Positions 52,235 to 64,000 of a DNA stretch of 64,000 nucleotides are shown in pieces. The stretch is from assembly GCA_964035545.1 (NCBI GenBank), contig OZ037767.1, positions 5,224,707 through 5,288,706 on the forward strand. The letters run 5' to 3'. The DNA is from Bugula neritina (lineage: Eukaryota > Animalia > Bryozoa). The stretch's first letter is position 1. The number at the start of each line of letters is the position of its first letter. Both the position numbers and the translations under genes were made by a program. A model generated the notes under the pieces. It worked only from the letters and a program-made list of their open reading frames with translations, did not search any database and had not been told where the DNA came from.

Positions 52235-55200
52235 TTACCAAACTTTACACTTGTAATGGGGGTTGTATGAGGAGCCCGCCTTGCATTGGAAAGCTTCGGC
52301 AAACTCTCGGTTGTTAGAAAAGGTTCCCTGCACTCTATATTTGGGTGGACTGTGCGGATCATAATACAGAGACGACTGAGCATGCTCAGGAGTCGCCCTC
52401 TGACACCACACCTATAAAACAAACGTAAACGTTGCAAGATGGTTACTACCAATACTAGTTGATAAAGTATTGAAAGCACCAACACTTGAGGGGCAATACC
52501 TGAGCAAATGAGAGAAAGAAAAGCTGCCGATCAGTGAAATCAAGGCCTGGTAGCATCATTGGCTTGATATTATTGTCTTCTACAGCTTGAAGATAGGCCT
52601 TGTATGCTATGGAAAGTCCGCCATTGTCAGCAAGGTTCTCCCCCAGTGTCAGCTGTCCATTTAACTGTAACAAGTCAAAAACAGCAAAAGTTTATGGAAA
52701 AATATGAAGGTTGCTTTCTTCAAGTAGTAAAATCTTGGATAAGTGTGTTAAAGTTCAGAAAATGTCTGCATTAATAAGAAATTCTAGGCAACCTTTGTTT
52801 GATTTACTTTTCGTCTAGTATGCTTTCTGCTACATTTATGATGTTGTGTAAGAATCCTGTATGAATTGAGTATATTTTGGATATTTACAATCAATAGTTG
52901 ACTTACAACAAAATAACGAGTGATGCAGCAGGTTGAGGGCACACTCCAACCCACTAAACAACCTGGTGCTTTAAGAGTTCCAAGGCTATAGTAAAATTCA
53001 TAACCTGCAGAAACGTTATTTAGAAATTCCCCATTTATTATGAAAATTCTATAACAACATACAGGAGTGCCATCCACTTTGTAGTTGGAGTATTGATTCA
53101 CAATACACTGTGAGGCTTCTCGGAAAGTCTTCACAGAGTCGTTAGTCCACCAGTTGTCTAGGTTACCATGGAGATCGTACTGAGAACCTTGATCATCAAA
53201 TCCGTGAATCAGCTCATGCCCTATGACAGCCCCCATCCCACCATAAGTCCACGCTCTAAAAAATGAAGTTTAAAACTGTTAGCTAAACAAGATGTTACAA
53301 GTAGCCAACTCTTTAATCTGTAAGCATGTGCCTCAATATCTCCAGTGTTGTAAGATATAAACCGATAACTCCCTCACTCAATTTATGTATAAAATACGTA
53401 ACGCAGAGCTTAGTAAAAGCGAGAGATGGTGTGGAATACACGACAGTTGTTATTCACAGGTTCATCAGTTTCAGTATGTGAAATATTAAATTTATGCCAC
53501 AAGTTCTTTTCGATGAACTTTCTACTCATCTAAGTATATGAATTTAAATATAAATTCATTCATATGAATGTAGGTGTTACAATAGGTATCGGAAATTAAC
53601 ATCAGTCTGGGTGCTAAAAGGAGATGAAACTTTCAAACTGTTGATTTTTTAGGAGCTTCATCTCAAAACCTCCCTACAAGTCCCATGTACAGGCATACAT
53701 TATGCTGTATTTACTGTACACAGATTATGCTGTACTTACTGTACATACATTATACTGTGTATACATTATACTGTGTATACATTATACTGTGTATACATTA
53801 TACTGTGTATACATTATACTGTGTATACATTATACTGTGTATACGTTATACTGTACATACATTACACTGCACTTACAGAGGTAGCTGGGGATGATAGAAT
53901 GGTCTCTGAAGAATTCCAGCAGGGAGCACAGCACCGTTGGAGTGAGATGAATAATAGGCGTTCACAATACTGGCACTCATCTGCCACCTGTACGTTACAG
54001 GAAGCTGCATCATTGAATCAGCGTCAACTTGCAAGAGTTAAGATGAAAACAAAGTTTCTCTTCATGAACTAATGTAGTATAGTTAAATATATTAATCAGA
54101 CAAAAATAAATGTTTTAATAGATTTGGATGAGACTCTTTTTAAAAAAATTGCAGTGAAAACTTTTATATTTTGTACTTCAAAGTAGTAAATTTCCCAAAC
54201 ATATACAAAACTACAACTCGAAACTGCACGACGATATTTCATACTCTTACTCTTTCCGGTCGGGTTGCTTATCCAGCTTGGCTGAGTTGAAGAGTCTATA
54301 CCATCGATTGTAGTGTAAAAGGAAGTCAAAATAAGTGTCAAAGCTTTCCAGATCCTTGTAATGATCATCAACCTCTTTGGCATCAGTGATGTAGTCGGGG
54401 AATCCTGCCTGTAGCAGCACCGCCTTGGCTTTCTCGACGGCAGCATCAGTCGTCTTGTCGTCCATCCATTTGTAACCAGGGAAATTGTCAGTCAACGTGT
54501 CCTTCACTTGAGATAACATTTTCAGGACCTAGTTTGGTGTAATAGACAAGAGTACACTTACCAACTCTCTTCTCCAATAGTTACCAATAAACAAAATGAG
54601 ATCTCTTGATGGAGGCGCGAGAATAAAAGAAGTTTATAGTTACTATCCCTGTGAGAACCCCCTGATGGAAAGAGGTTTTCAAAACAAGCTAAAGATTTTT
54701 TCTGATGTGAGACAGGAGCAATTATGACTGGATGCCCTTCCTAACATTATGCAGGTGTGTGGACTTGAACCACTGACCTTGAGTTTATTAGGTCCGCATC
54801 ATAACCACTACACCACAGTTGCTCCCTGAGGCTCAAGAGCAAAATACAGTAGTTAACCTTGACTTAGTGAAATTGCACTTTTAATGAAATACTGCTTGCT
54901 ATAGCAGCATCCACAATCTGTCATAAAAGATAGCAGTTCGCTTTAGTTATGGGATTTATATATATAGTACAACCAAAACATTCTTTTAGGCCATCAAGTA
55001 TTACATAAAGTTAGAGGTCTCTCCCTCTCTATTAGTTACCTTTGGAGTTACCACAGTATGCTAACATGCTCATAAGCACACCAGAGGCAAACCATAATAT
55101 GAGAGAAAAAACCATCTTATGAATAAATTGTGTAACGTTCAAAGAGCTCACAATATGCTGAGCAAAACATTCTGTTAATAAAAACCCGATACTCTTAAGC

Positions 55201-58200
55201 TTTCTAATGATAAGGGAAATGCTGGTAGTGGGACACCATCAAACATGTTATGCAAAGTGTTTGGTAGGGTAAACACTTACAGCAGTTCTTTCATCTGTCC
55301 CAAATCTGCCTTCAATAAACAGAGCTCCGGTAACACGGCCCATCTTCCCACCTACAGCATCTGTACACACTTTCCATCTCTCTCCCAGGTTATTTACTCC
55401 TATAAATACAATACTCGTTTATTAGCTCTGTCATCTAGAACTTTCTTGATGCTAGAAACTGGATATTTGCTTATTTTACTAAAACTAGAAGCTTATAATA
55501 TAAGAATATAGTTAATCAACTGGTGCATTGCTTAAGGCACTGTCTAGAAGTGTGCCACTGTGATAATGTTTACTCGTCTAATTTACCAGCCAAAACATCT
55601 TTAAATGGATGCAAGACAGTCAACTTTTAATTAAAAATATTTTATTGTAAATTAAAGTGTTGTGATTGAAACATTTATCAGTCAGGTCAGGGGATATTTT
55701 TCACAGCCCTACATTCTAGCATTATTTGCGTGCATATTGCCAATTATGGTTAATTTTATAGATCCATTATAGCCAGTCACATTTGAAAACAGATGCAATA
55801 CTGGATGGCTACGAGTATAGACACATAAAGTGCGAGTCTAGTCTAACGCATGAAGGAGAGGGATTCACTTACCTTGACTTACTTCCTTTAGGATGAGTTT
55901 AGAGAATTGGAAATCAGCTCCCAGATGGTCTACGGAGAAGTCTATGAACTTCCACACCAGATAATTGTTTAATATTCTGTAAAGTTACAGCTACAGTCTA
56001 CACTTGGTACCAGTGAGGAACACACATACAGTGAGAATTAGATAAACATTGAAGGTAGGAGTAGGCTGAAGAATTTTTCAACGTACTGGGCAGTTGTGTA
56101 AAAATTAACTTCAAAAACCATTTCTCGTACCACAAATTACTAAGTTGACAGTCTAAGACTGCAGTAAACCCGTGTTAAACAGTGCTACATATCTTTTAGT
56201 ATACATGTACAGTATGTACAATAAGTATCACCACAAAGCACTGTAAAAGCACTGTAAGCCCACTTTATGTTGGCACGTAAAACTTAAATGCCAGTCTTAC
56301 AAAACCATAATTCACCAACAACTAACCTTTGTTTGTCACCTTGTAAATATTCATCAAGTATAGGTTTGAGATTGTCAATGTAGGGCTTGGAGCAAGTTAT
56401 TAGAGTAGTGTTAGAAGAGAGATCAGTCCGATTCATCATAGCGTGGAGGAAGGGAAGAAAGTCGAGTGTAGAGTTGAATATCTCCTGCACCTGGCCTACC
56501 GATACCTACAAGAGAAACAAGGCAATCACCAGTTCTGTAAAGAAGGTGGGGGTATTCTGTTATCACCCGTACTAAGTAAGCTTGGTACTTAGTGATTCCA
56601 ATAGACATAGTACTTTGTACCCTGCATGAATATATTCCACAATATAGTAAAATATAGGGAAATAAAACAGGTGTTCACGTGCATTAGCCGAAACATGTCT
56701 ATAGTTTAGGTTCTTCAAGTGTCTTGATGAATTTTGTATTGAAGTGCAGCTTGTGAGAATTTGTGAGAACATGACTTCCATCAAGATATTTCTCATAAAA
56801 CACAGGCTTTTCTACATAGTATCCAGAAGATGTGTTTACTTTTTGTTGTAATCGAATTCTAATGGTAAATCTTAAAGTTTCTAAAGCAGTATGGGGCATC
56901 GGAAGACTGTTAAAGTGACATGAACTATATGAAGTAAATTATGAAAACATAACTTTCATTAAGATATTTTTCCTATAGAACAGAGGCTTTTCTAAATAGT
57001 AGAGATGGTATCTATTGTTTCAAAATTCAATTCTATATGGTAAATCTCAAGCTGTCTAAAGCAATGGGTGGCAGCAGAAGCCTAGTGAAGTGACAAGACT
57101 GACCTTATGATAGCACTGACTAGGGTTCCGTAGATACTCAATAGGCACATTGATAGCAGCTAGCTTAGCCTCAAATTCATAGATCTCCTCCATCACGGTA
57201 CGGGTTACGTTCTCACTAGCACCCAATATACTCCCGACCTAAGAGAAACCAGTTAGCATAAATAAAACTGTGCCAATGACATAGTTATACAGTTGTGCTA
57301 CACAATATGTTTCAATAGTTTGAACTGTTTTCATTCCTATGGGTGGCTGTAGTATGACTTAAACGTAAAAGGATTTAAATTGCAACTTTTGCTGCTGAAA
57401 CTTTTTGCTAGAATTGTTTTTTGAAAACACAGCAAAATTTTCTCAGAGAGACTGCAATACGTAGAGAAGTTGTTGAACTTACACATAACCTGTCTTGTAG
57501 AACAAATAGTTATAATAAAAGATGTGCAGATCAGATTAAGTTTTGAGTATTTTCATCAATTTAAAGTTCATCTTTAATCTACTTTAAATTATAAGTTAGT
57601 GAAAATCCAGATTTGAAATTAATTTACAGTTGTTATAACTAACTAACTACTAGAATCAAGTGGCAGCAGCAATGAGGGAGACAGCGGTAGTGGTGGATAA
57701 AGTGAACATTTTATTTTCTATCAATTGCTAGTGTAAATATTTTAATCTGCTAAATAATTTTACCGCAACACCATAGTCAATGACAGCCTTCCTCAAGGCA
57801 GAGTTTCTCTTTGGGTTAAGCGTGATGTTGTATGACTTTTCTGACTGCAAGGTTAAGCCGCTTTGACTAAACTAAAATGAGGAAATAGACAGCAAGCATA
57901 ACACAGAGCATTTACACTTCAGTCATCTGAAAAATGCCCGGATTCCTAACCTTAGTATAAGTGTATAAGTTGAGAGACTAGGGCAATTTTATCATCCTGT
58001 TGTCAGTTAATCAGTTAGTCTGGCAAACGAATGTATACTTCAATATAAAGTATTGCGAGGGTTCAAATTCAAATTTATTTACAACTTAGTATAACATGTG
58101 AGATTTTCTATATTCATGAGAAGACAATATCCACCTTTGTGTCTGGGATTTCTCCCCTATATGCATATATTATTACAATACAATCACATCCTCTGGTTTT

Positions 58201-61200
58201 AAATTGTTCTTATTAAAAAACATGACGAAGCAAACATTCTATACAATACAAAATCTCTTGAGAGAAAGTAAGGTTTATTCTTTCTACTATGGAAATTCTA
58301 TATGAAGTCTATAGAAAACTAATAGAACATTTATAAAATTTTCTAAAAAGTTTATAGAAGTTTCATCAGACTAAAGATTCGCTTGTTGATGAGTTGATTA
58401 GAACAATCAGAACTTACATAAATGGAATATGCAGAACTGTTCTTCTCATCAGAATAGACTACAAAACTTAGCAGAGGAGTGAGAGAATGGGCATGCATCT
58501 TGAGTAACTGGTTAGAGAAGTTCCAACTCGAAGCATTAAATTCTTCCTGGGACACAGGCCATGAGCCAAATGTCTCCATGGCCTAAACATAACCAACTGT
58601 ACAGAAAATTGCTTAAAGCAGCACTGAGATGGTGGTCACTGAGTGCATTGGTTCCAGGATCTCAAGTTTGGTTTGGAGTTTGAACACCGATGTCTATACA
58701 AATTCTGCACTCAGTCACCCCCAACCTAACGCTGCTTCTAGCAACATTCATGAGGAGAAATAGAATAAGTATAGTAGCCCTGACTAAGTTTTAATATTAC
58801 AGCAAACTTATGAGTTATAACTTCTAGCAAATGCATAACAATGTTTCACCAAATCCTCTAAGAATCATATACTTTACTCAAATACTATAAAATGTTCACT
58901 GATGAATGCTTAACAATCCTAACTGTTTTGTAGGACATGCCTGCCAACAGGTGAAAAGTTAAAAAGAACTTCATTAAAACCAAGTAATGGTTGGATTGAA
59001 AAACTGAAATCTAGAAATTTATATAATACTGATAAAATAGGTATGATCGTGAAACATCTGGAATGTGAATTATATTGAGTTAGGTGCTGACAATATTGAG
59101 TAGGTGCTGACAATATTGAGTAGGTGCTGACAATATTGAGTAGGTGCTGACAATATTGAGTAGGTGCTGACAATATGTACCTTTATAAGAGGTGCAGCAC
59201 CTTGAAGCTGGAGTGTCTTCATGTCCATACAGAGCTCATGCAATTTCCTTGCTTTGTGTAGAGCCGTACTCTCTTTACCAAACAGCTTAGTTCTGTTCTT
59301 ATTAACCAGACCCTATAACCATCACACCACCATTGTAACAGAGAAAACTGTAGAACTATAGGGCAAAGTTTTATATAAATAGCGGGTTGTAGTACAGTAT
59401 AGCATAGTATTACTAACATAGTTATAGAAATTGGATATTGGAAATCATAAAGTGAGAAATATAATATAAACATATAACATAAAAATATATAACATAATAT
59501 ATTATATTATTATATAATATGAAAATATAATATAAAAATATATAATAAAATATAATAGAATAATAATATAATGACTGTATAACTAACAATAATATAAAAT
59601 ATACAATATAATATAACAATATATAATATAATATAACAATATATAATATAATAATAACATAATATAATACAATAACAAGCCTACCATGTAAACGACTTGA
59701 AGGTTAGCATCTGAGAGAGCACTCATACTGGACACAGTGCTCTCTGATGGACTTAGGAATTGTTTGTCCACAAAGTTCCCGCAAGCATAGGTATAGAAAT
59801 CCTCACAGGGATCAATACTGGTGTTCATCTTGGACAGAATATCTCCAACGGCTTCCATGCAAATGTTTTCTTTGCAAGTAACGGGCTTGAGTGCCTGAAG
59901 AAAAGAAGACACATCCTAGGCTATTTGTACACTTACATGACTATTTCATTAGTTGTAAAAAAACTGTTGCAGAACAGATATAGTGATATAAAATATCACA
60001 GGGAAAACATGAACAAATAATAAAAAACGGTAAGAAACCTAGTTTTATTAACCACTGGTTCAATAATTGACTGTGGCTGTGTATATATACTTTCGTTCTG
60101 GTTAACAACTCGCATTCACATGGACCCTCATATCCATTATATATATAGCCAAATAGCCAAGATATCTGTATACAGCCAAATATCTTCTATCTATTATTAT
60201 TTCTATCTATTACTTTTGATTTAAAAACAAACAAAAACTGTTGGTTAATATGCTACACACATCTCCACCTTGTCCTATCTCCACCCTCTCCCCCCCCCTA
60301 CCCACTGCAAACAAATTTGTATCTCCAAAATTGAAAAATTTCTAATTACTAAAACCATTTGAAAAAAAATACATGATGATGGGGTTGGATTATATATATC
60401 GAATTTGAATATGGCCGTGGAATGCACCCTATAATTAGGCTGAGCAGTGGCGCCTATGACTGTGCAGACCAATGTGTGAGTTGGATTATATTATATGCCT
60501 GGTTGGTAATAATCTACATGTCATGACCAAGGAAAATAATCACTTAACAATTTATACAACAGAAAACAAGAAGAAAACGCTACACAAAAACCAAGAATTG
60601 AAATCGCAACAAAAACTGATTTGGTTGAAATTTAATGTAGTCAACCACAGGTCAATGTGTGACAGAATCTGTGCATAACATTTTGTAGCGGATACTTTTG
60701 GACACCTTTACATAAATTACTGACACCATGTGACACACAATACTGACACCCTGTGACACACACACTACTGACACTATGTGACACACATTACTGACACCAC
60801 GTGACACATATTACTGACACCATGCGACACATTACTGACACCATCTAACACACACACTAATGACACCATGTGACACACATTACTGACACCATGTGACACA
60901 TATTACTGACACCATGTGACACACATTACTGACACCCTGTGACACACATTACTGACAACCTGTGATACACATTACTGACACCCTGTGACACACATTACTG
61001 ACAACCTGTGACACACATTACTGACACCATGTGACACACAATACTGACACCATGTGACACAGGGAATAAAACAATCTACTCTGTGAACTTACATCCTTAG
61101 CATGATTGTATTCTTTTTTAGGGCAGGCTTCAACCTTGACATGGACGAATGCTAGAGCTATGATTAGAGAAGTAATGACTAGTGATTCAAAGATGATGGT

Positions 61201-62644
61201 TCCGAGGCTACACTTGGAAAATCTGCCACCACAGTAATATGAGCCGACAATCTGTGGATCTGAAACATAATATTGTATAGTTGACATATGCAAAACTGAA
61301 ATTATGTTTCCTTATATAATTTCCAACGAGGCAAACATCTTGATAATGCACATAATTATTTGTACTGTTGGCCTGATGACCAACAGAGAGGTTATTATGT
61401 TCTATGGTTTATACCAGCGCCTATTGGCACCATCCAAACTAGGGAAACACCAGTCTGCGTAAATATGGAATTGTATTGATAGAGCAGCAACCTAGATGGA
61501 TAGCTGGTGGTGCTAACAATGAAAACAGAGTGACGTAGGCACATATGCCTGGGGGTTATGTGTGTATGTATGTATACTCAGTGGGGAAAGTAGGGGGCTA
61601 CACCAGAGTACACTCATATGCCTTCACATTGCCATTAGGGCTGAATGAAAGTCATTACATTTTTAACCAAAACAAATTCTTATTTATTAGTAAAACAGGA
61701 CAAATAATTGATAGTTATAAATTCCATCAGCAGTTGTCATCCAACATTAGGAAGACAGGAAACAGGTGGCTTCTGAATTTAAATAAATAGGTTTCGCACC
61801 TGAAAGGGTAGGAAAAGTTATACAGAAAACAAAACCTAAAAAGTAGCACATTCATCACATTTCTAACCATATCTAGCCAGGAAAGTAAAAAAGACAGTCG
61901 AGTCTGAGTTCTATACCTCCACTCTTCCCCAACTGACCATGACTTGTTTAAGGAACTACAGGCTATTTTATGCTGAAGTCTGTTAAACAAATCGAATTTG
62001 CTACAAAATGTTAAAAGTCCAGGCAGTACTGGAGCTGGATTTTGGAGAATAAAATACGTGTAGTAAACTCTCACACCACATGTATTGTGCAGTGTTGTAT
62101 AATGTGACTTGGTGTAACAGAAAGGGCGTGCAGACAGTAGTGAAGGCTTATTTAGAAGTAGAGATGGTGGCATACACAACTGTGATCACTACGTGCCCAT
62201 ACTTTCGCATTAGTCAATGCTATAGTTACTAAGAAAATATCACTGCGTTCACTCAATGACAATAGTCACAGTGCATTAGTTCACATTTATAAGTGGCATA
62301 TTGGACTACATATAAATAATAATCTAGTTACTAGTATAATACTTCAATGCTTAGGAATGGCCTCGCGAATATAATACTTCATTACTGTCAGTGTTAGAGT
62401 ATTTACGCATGACCATCAGTATCAACACAGTCTAAACTGACATGTTCTGCAAACCTTTGACATCGTCACTATCCAAACTCTCCATATCAGAATCAGCGAC
62501 TGACTTGTAGCTATGCTCGTGCGAGCCGTTCTTCAGCTGTTTGGTGACACTATCTTCTCCTACCACGTACTGGTAGCGGTAGCCTTCTGAGCGACGTACA
62601 CGTCTTGCAGACGAAGCTTTCTGTTGACTGTTGACACTGCCCAT
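52235..62644 (-). CDS. M13-family zinc metallopeptidase (neprilysin / endothelin-converting-enzyme-like), type II membrane protein
   Basis: Cytoplasmic N-terminal exon from 62644, transmembrane segment [21 protein letters not shown], then [24 protein letters not shown]...[49 protein letters not shown] and [10 protein letters not shown], ending CKVW* (stop 52237-52235). The first-exon junction is less certain. Confidence 0.95.
53685..53872. repeat. 16-bp minisatellite abutting an M13-gene donor
   Basis: TATACTGTGTATACAT tandem copies directly inside the donor at ~53876. Confidence 0.93.
54665..54826 (-). mobile_element. tRNA-derived SINE-like element, copy 3 (best preserved)
   Basis: Minus strand reads GGGAGCAACTG-TGGTGTAGTGG (A box)...GGTCAGT-GGTTCAAGTCC (B box)...AGGAAGGGCATCCAGTCATAATTGCTCC...CTTTAGC. 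Confidence 0.75.
56780..57100. repeat. Diverged ~175-bp tandem duplication abutting an M13-gene donor
   Basis: aagatattt...aggcttttcta...atggtaaatct...ctaaagca...aagtgaca occurs twice (~56782-56925 and ~56960-57100). Confidence 0.85.
59075..59177. repeat. 20-bp tandem repeat x5 abutting a donor
   Basis: CAATATTGAGTAGGTGCTGA repeats ending at the donor at ~59180. Confidence 0.95.
60716..61060. repeat. ~21-23-bp minisatellite near a donor
   Basis: ACTGACACCATGTGACACACATT, about 15 copies, starting ~30 bp inside the donor at 61092. Confidence 0.95.
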
Positions 62645-64000
62645 AATCACTTCGATAAATATCTATTTTACCGTCTAGTTTAATCTTTTCATTCTATTGT
62701 AGGATGTGGTGATTCTGGTTAATTCCCTTTGTGCTATTATTATTGCATAACAACACGTAGCCTACCCAGACTCGATGCAAGCTACTTTTCGTTGGCTATG
62801 AATATTAATATAGCATAAAGTTCAACGCCACGACTACTACAGAGCTGTCTACTTCAGCACTCAGTTTTCCTCTTGAACCACGTCAACCCGCTGATTCGAG
62901 TGAATCATTTATAACCAGCGCCCGCGACTCATGATTTATTTTGGTGTTGTCAAAGCTAAACAAGTGAACTCATGCGTAGCAAAGCATTAAAGTTTACAGC
63001 AGTGAAATATTTGATTTAATCACAAATACAGTAGCATTTCTAAATTGTTTACACATCTCCATTTTATGCCGGTGTAAAAGTTGCCTTGGAGTAGTTTTTG
63101 TAACTATTTTAACTACTAGCACCAAGCCTACTAAGAACAGAATCATTTACTAGTAAACATGGCCCATCTGGTGTAGATAATTCCAAAGTTGACGAATCTT
63201 TTAGGAAAAACCGGTTTAGTCAAGAAATATCAAAACATGATGTTGTTGGACACAGTAGACAGCAACAAATGCCAACTAAAAGCAGTTCACATTTAGGAGC
63301 AAAGACAGGCTGTCTAAACCAGCCACCAACAAATTAGAACCAAAATGACATGCATACCTAGCTGTGCAGATGTTTACAGCAACTTTGGGGGAAAATATGT
63401 GTTTTCATACTAAAGGAAATTCTATGTAACACTATTGGGATATTTTTATAATAAAAACATGGCAATTGAAATCAAATATTAAAATCACGGTGACAGGCAT
63501 GTTTTATAGGAAGTTTTACTAGGCACTTGTCAACTTGCCTTACATGATGCCTCGCAAAGAAATGTGTTGTCCATCTGCTCAGCCTATCAGAATCATGTTA
63601 GTTTCGAAATGTCTGTTACTACGGAAAATATGGGTAAAACTACCTTATTTAAGATTTCTCACTAAAACCAAAATTGATTGATACTAGATACAATACCTTA
63701 TCAGGCACGTGTGTGAATATCTAATTAATATAAATTATTACATTAATTGGCATTTTAGTTCAGTAAAGCCATAAAACCTGCACCATAATAATAAGGAATT
63801 GCCTACAAACTTACAACACATAAGTTGGGCAAACAACTCCCAAATACTAAATGTGAGTTTTAATGGTTTATTGTGTTAGTTGGCATCATCCTAAGGTCTT
63901 ATTTTAAAACAAATAAATAATAATCAGTGCGGGTTAACAACTCAGCAATGCGATCATAACATGTAGCATGTAATGGTATGGTAATAGTAACAGTAATAAT

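Noticed and set aside
60715-61060. Regular short repeats (also 59075-59177 and 40264-40472) superficially like CRISPR arrays
   Set aside because: They are head-to-tail tandem units without unique spacers, lie in eukaryotic introns, and there are no cas genes.

Overview
AT-rich, gene-dense eukaryotic DNA with short introns, most likely a compact-genome invertebrate (taxon not determinable from the sequence). Reconstructing spliced exons by hand gives seven multi-exon genes: ORC3 (-, runs off the window start), BRF1 (-), MGME1 (+, head-to-head with BRF1), an uncharacterised HEAT-repeat gene (+), KPTN (+), MBTPS2/S2P (+) and an M13 neprilysin/ECE-like peptidase (-). An intact Ty3/Gypsy LTR retrotransposon (identical 145-bp LTRs, ATTAT target-site duplication) sits in intron 1 of the HEAT gene, and there are three copies of a tRNA-headed SINE. 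BRF1 and MBTPS2 each carry a U12-type intron. The most unusual observations are: (1) a same-strand ~850-aa orphan gene with a BC-box-like motif nested in the last MGME1 intron; (2) heterogeneous 6-bp-periodic tracts at the 5' end of six genes; (3) tandem and inverted duplications hugging splice junctions, including six tandem copies of an ORC3 CAG|GTAAG donor and a ~95-bp-arm hairpin covering a BRF1 donor. Gene identities rest on recalled homology, not database searches, and internal exon coordinates are approximate.
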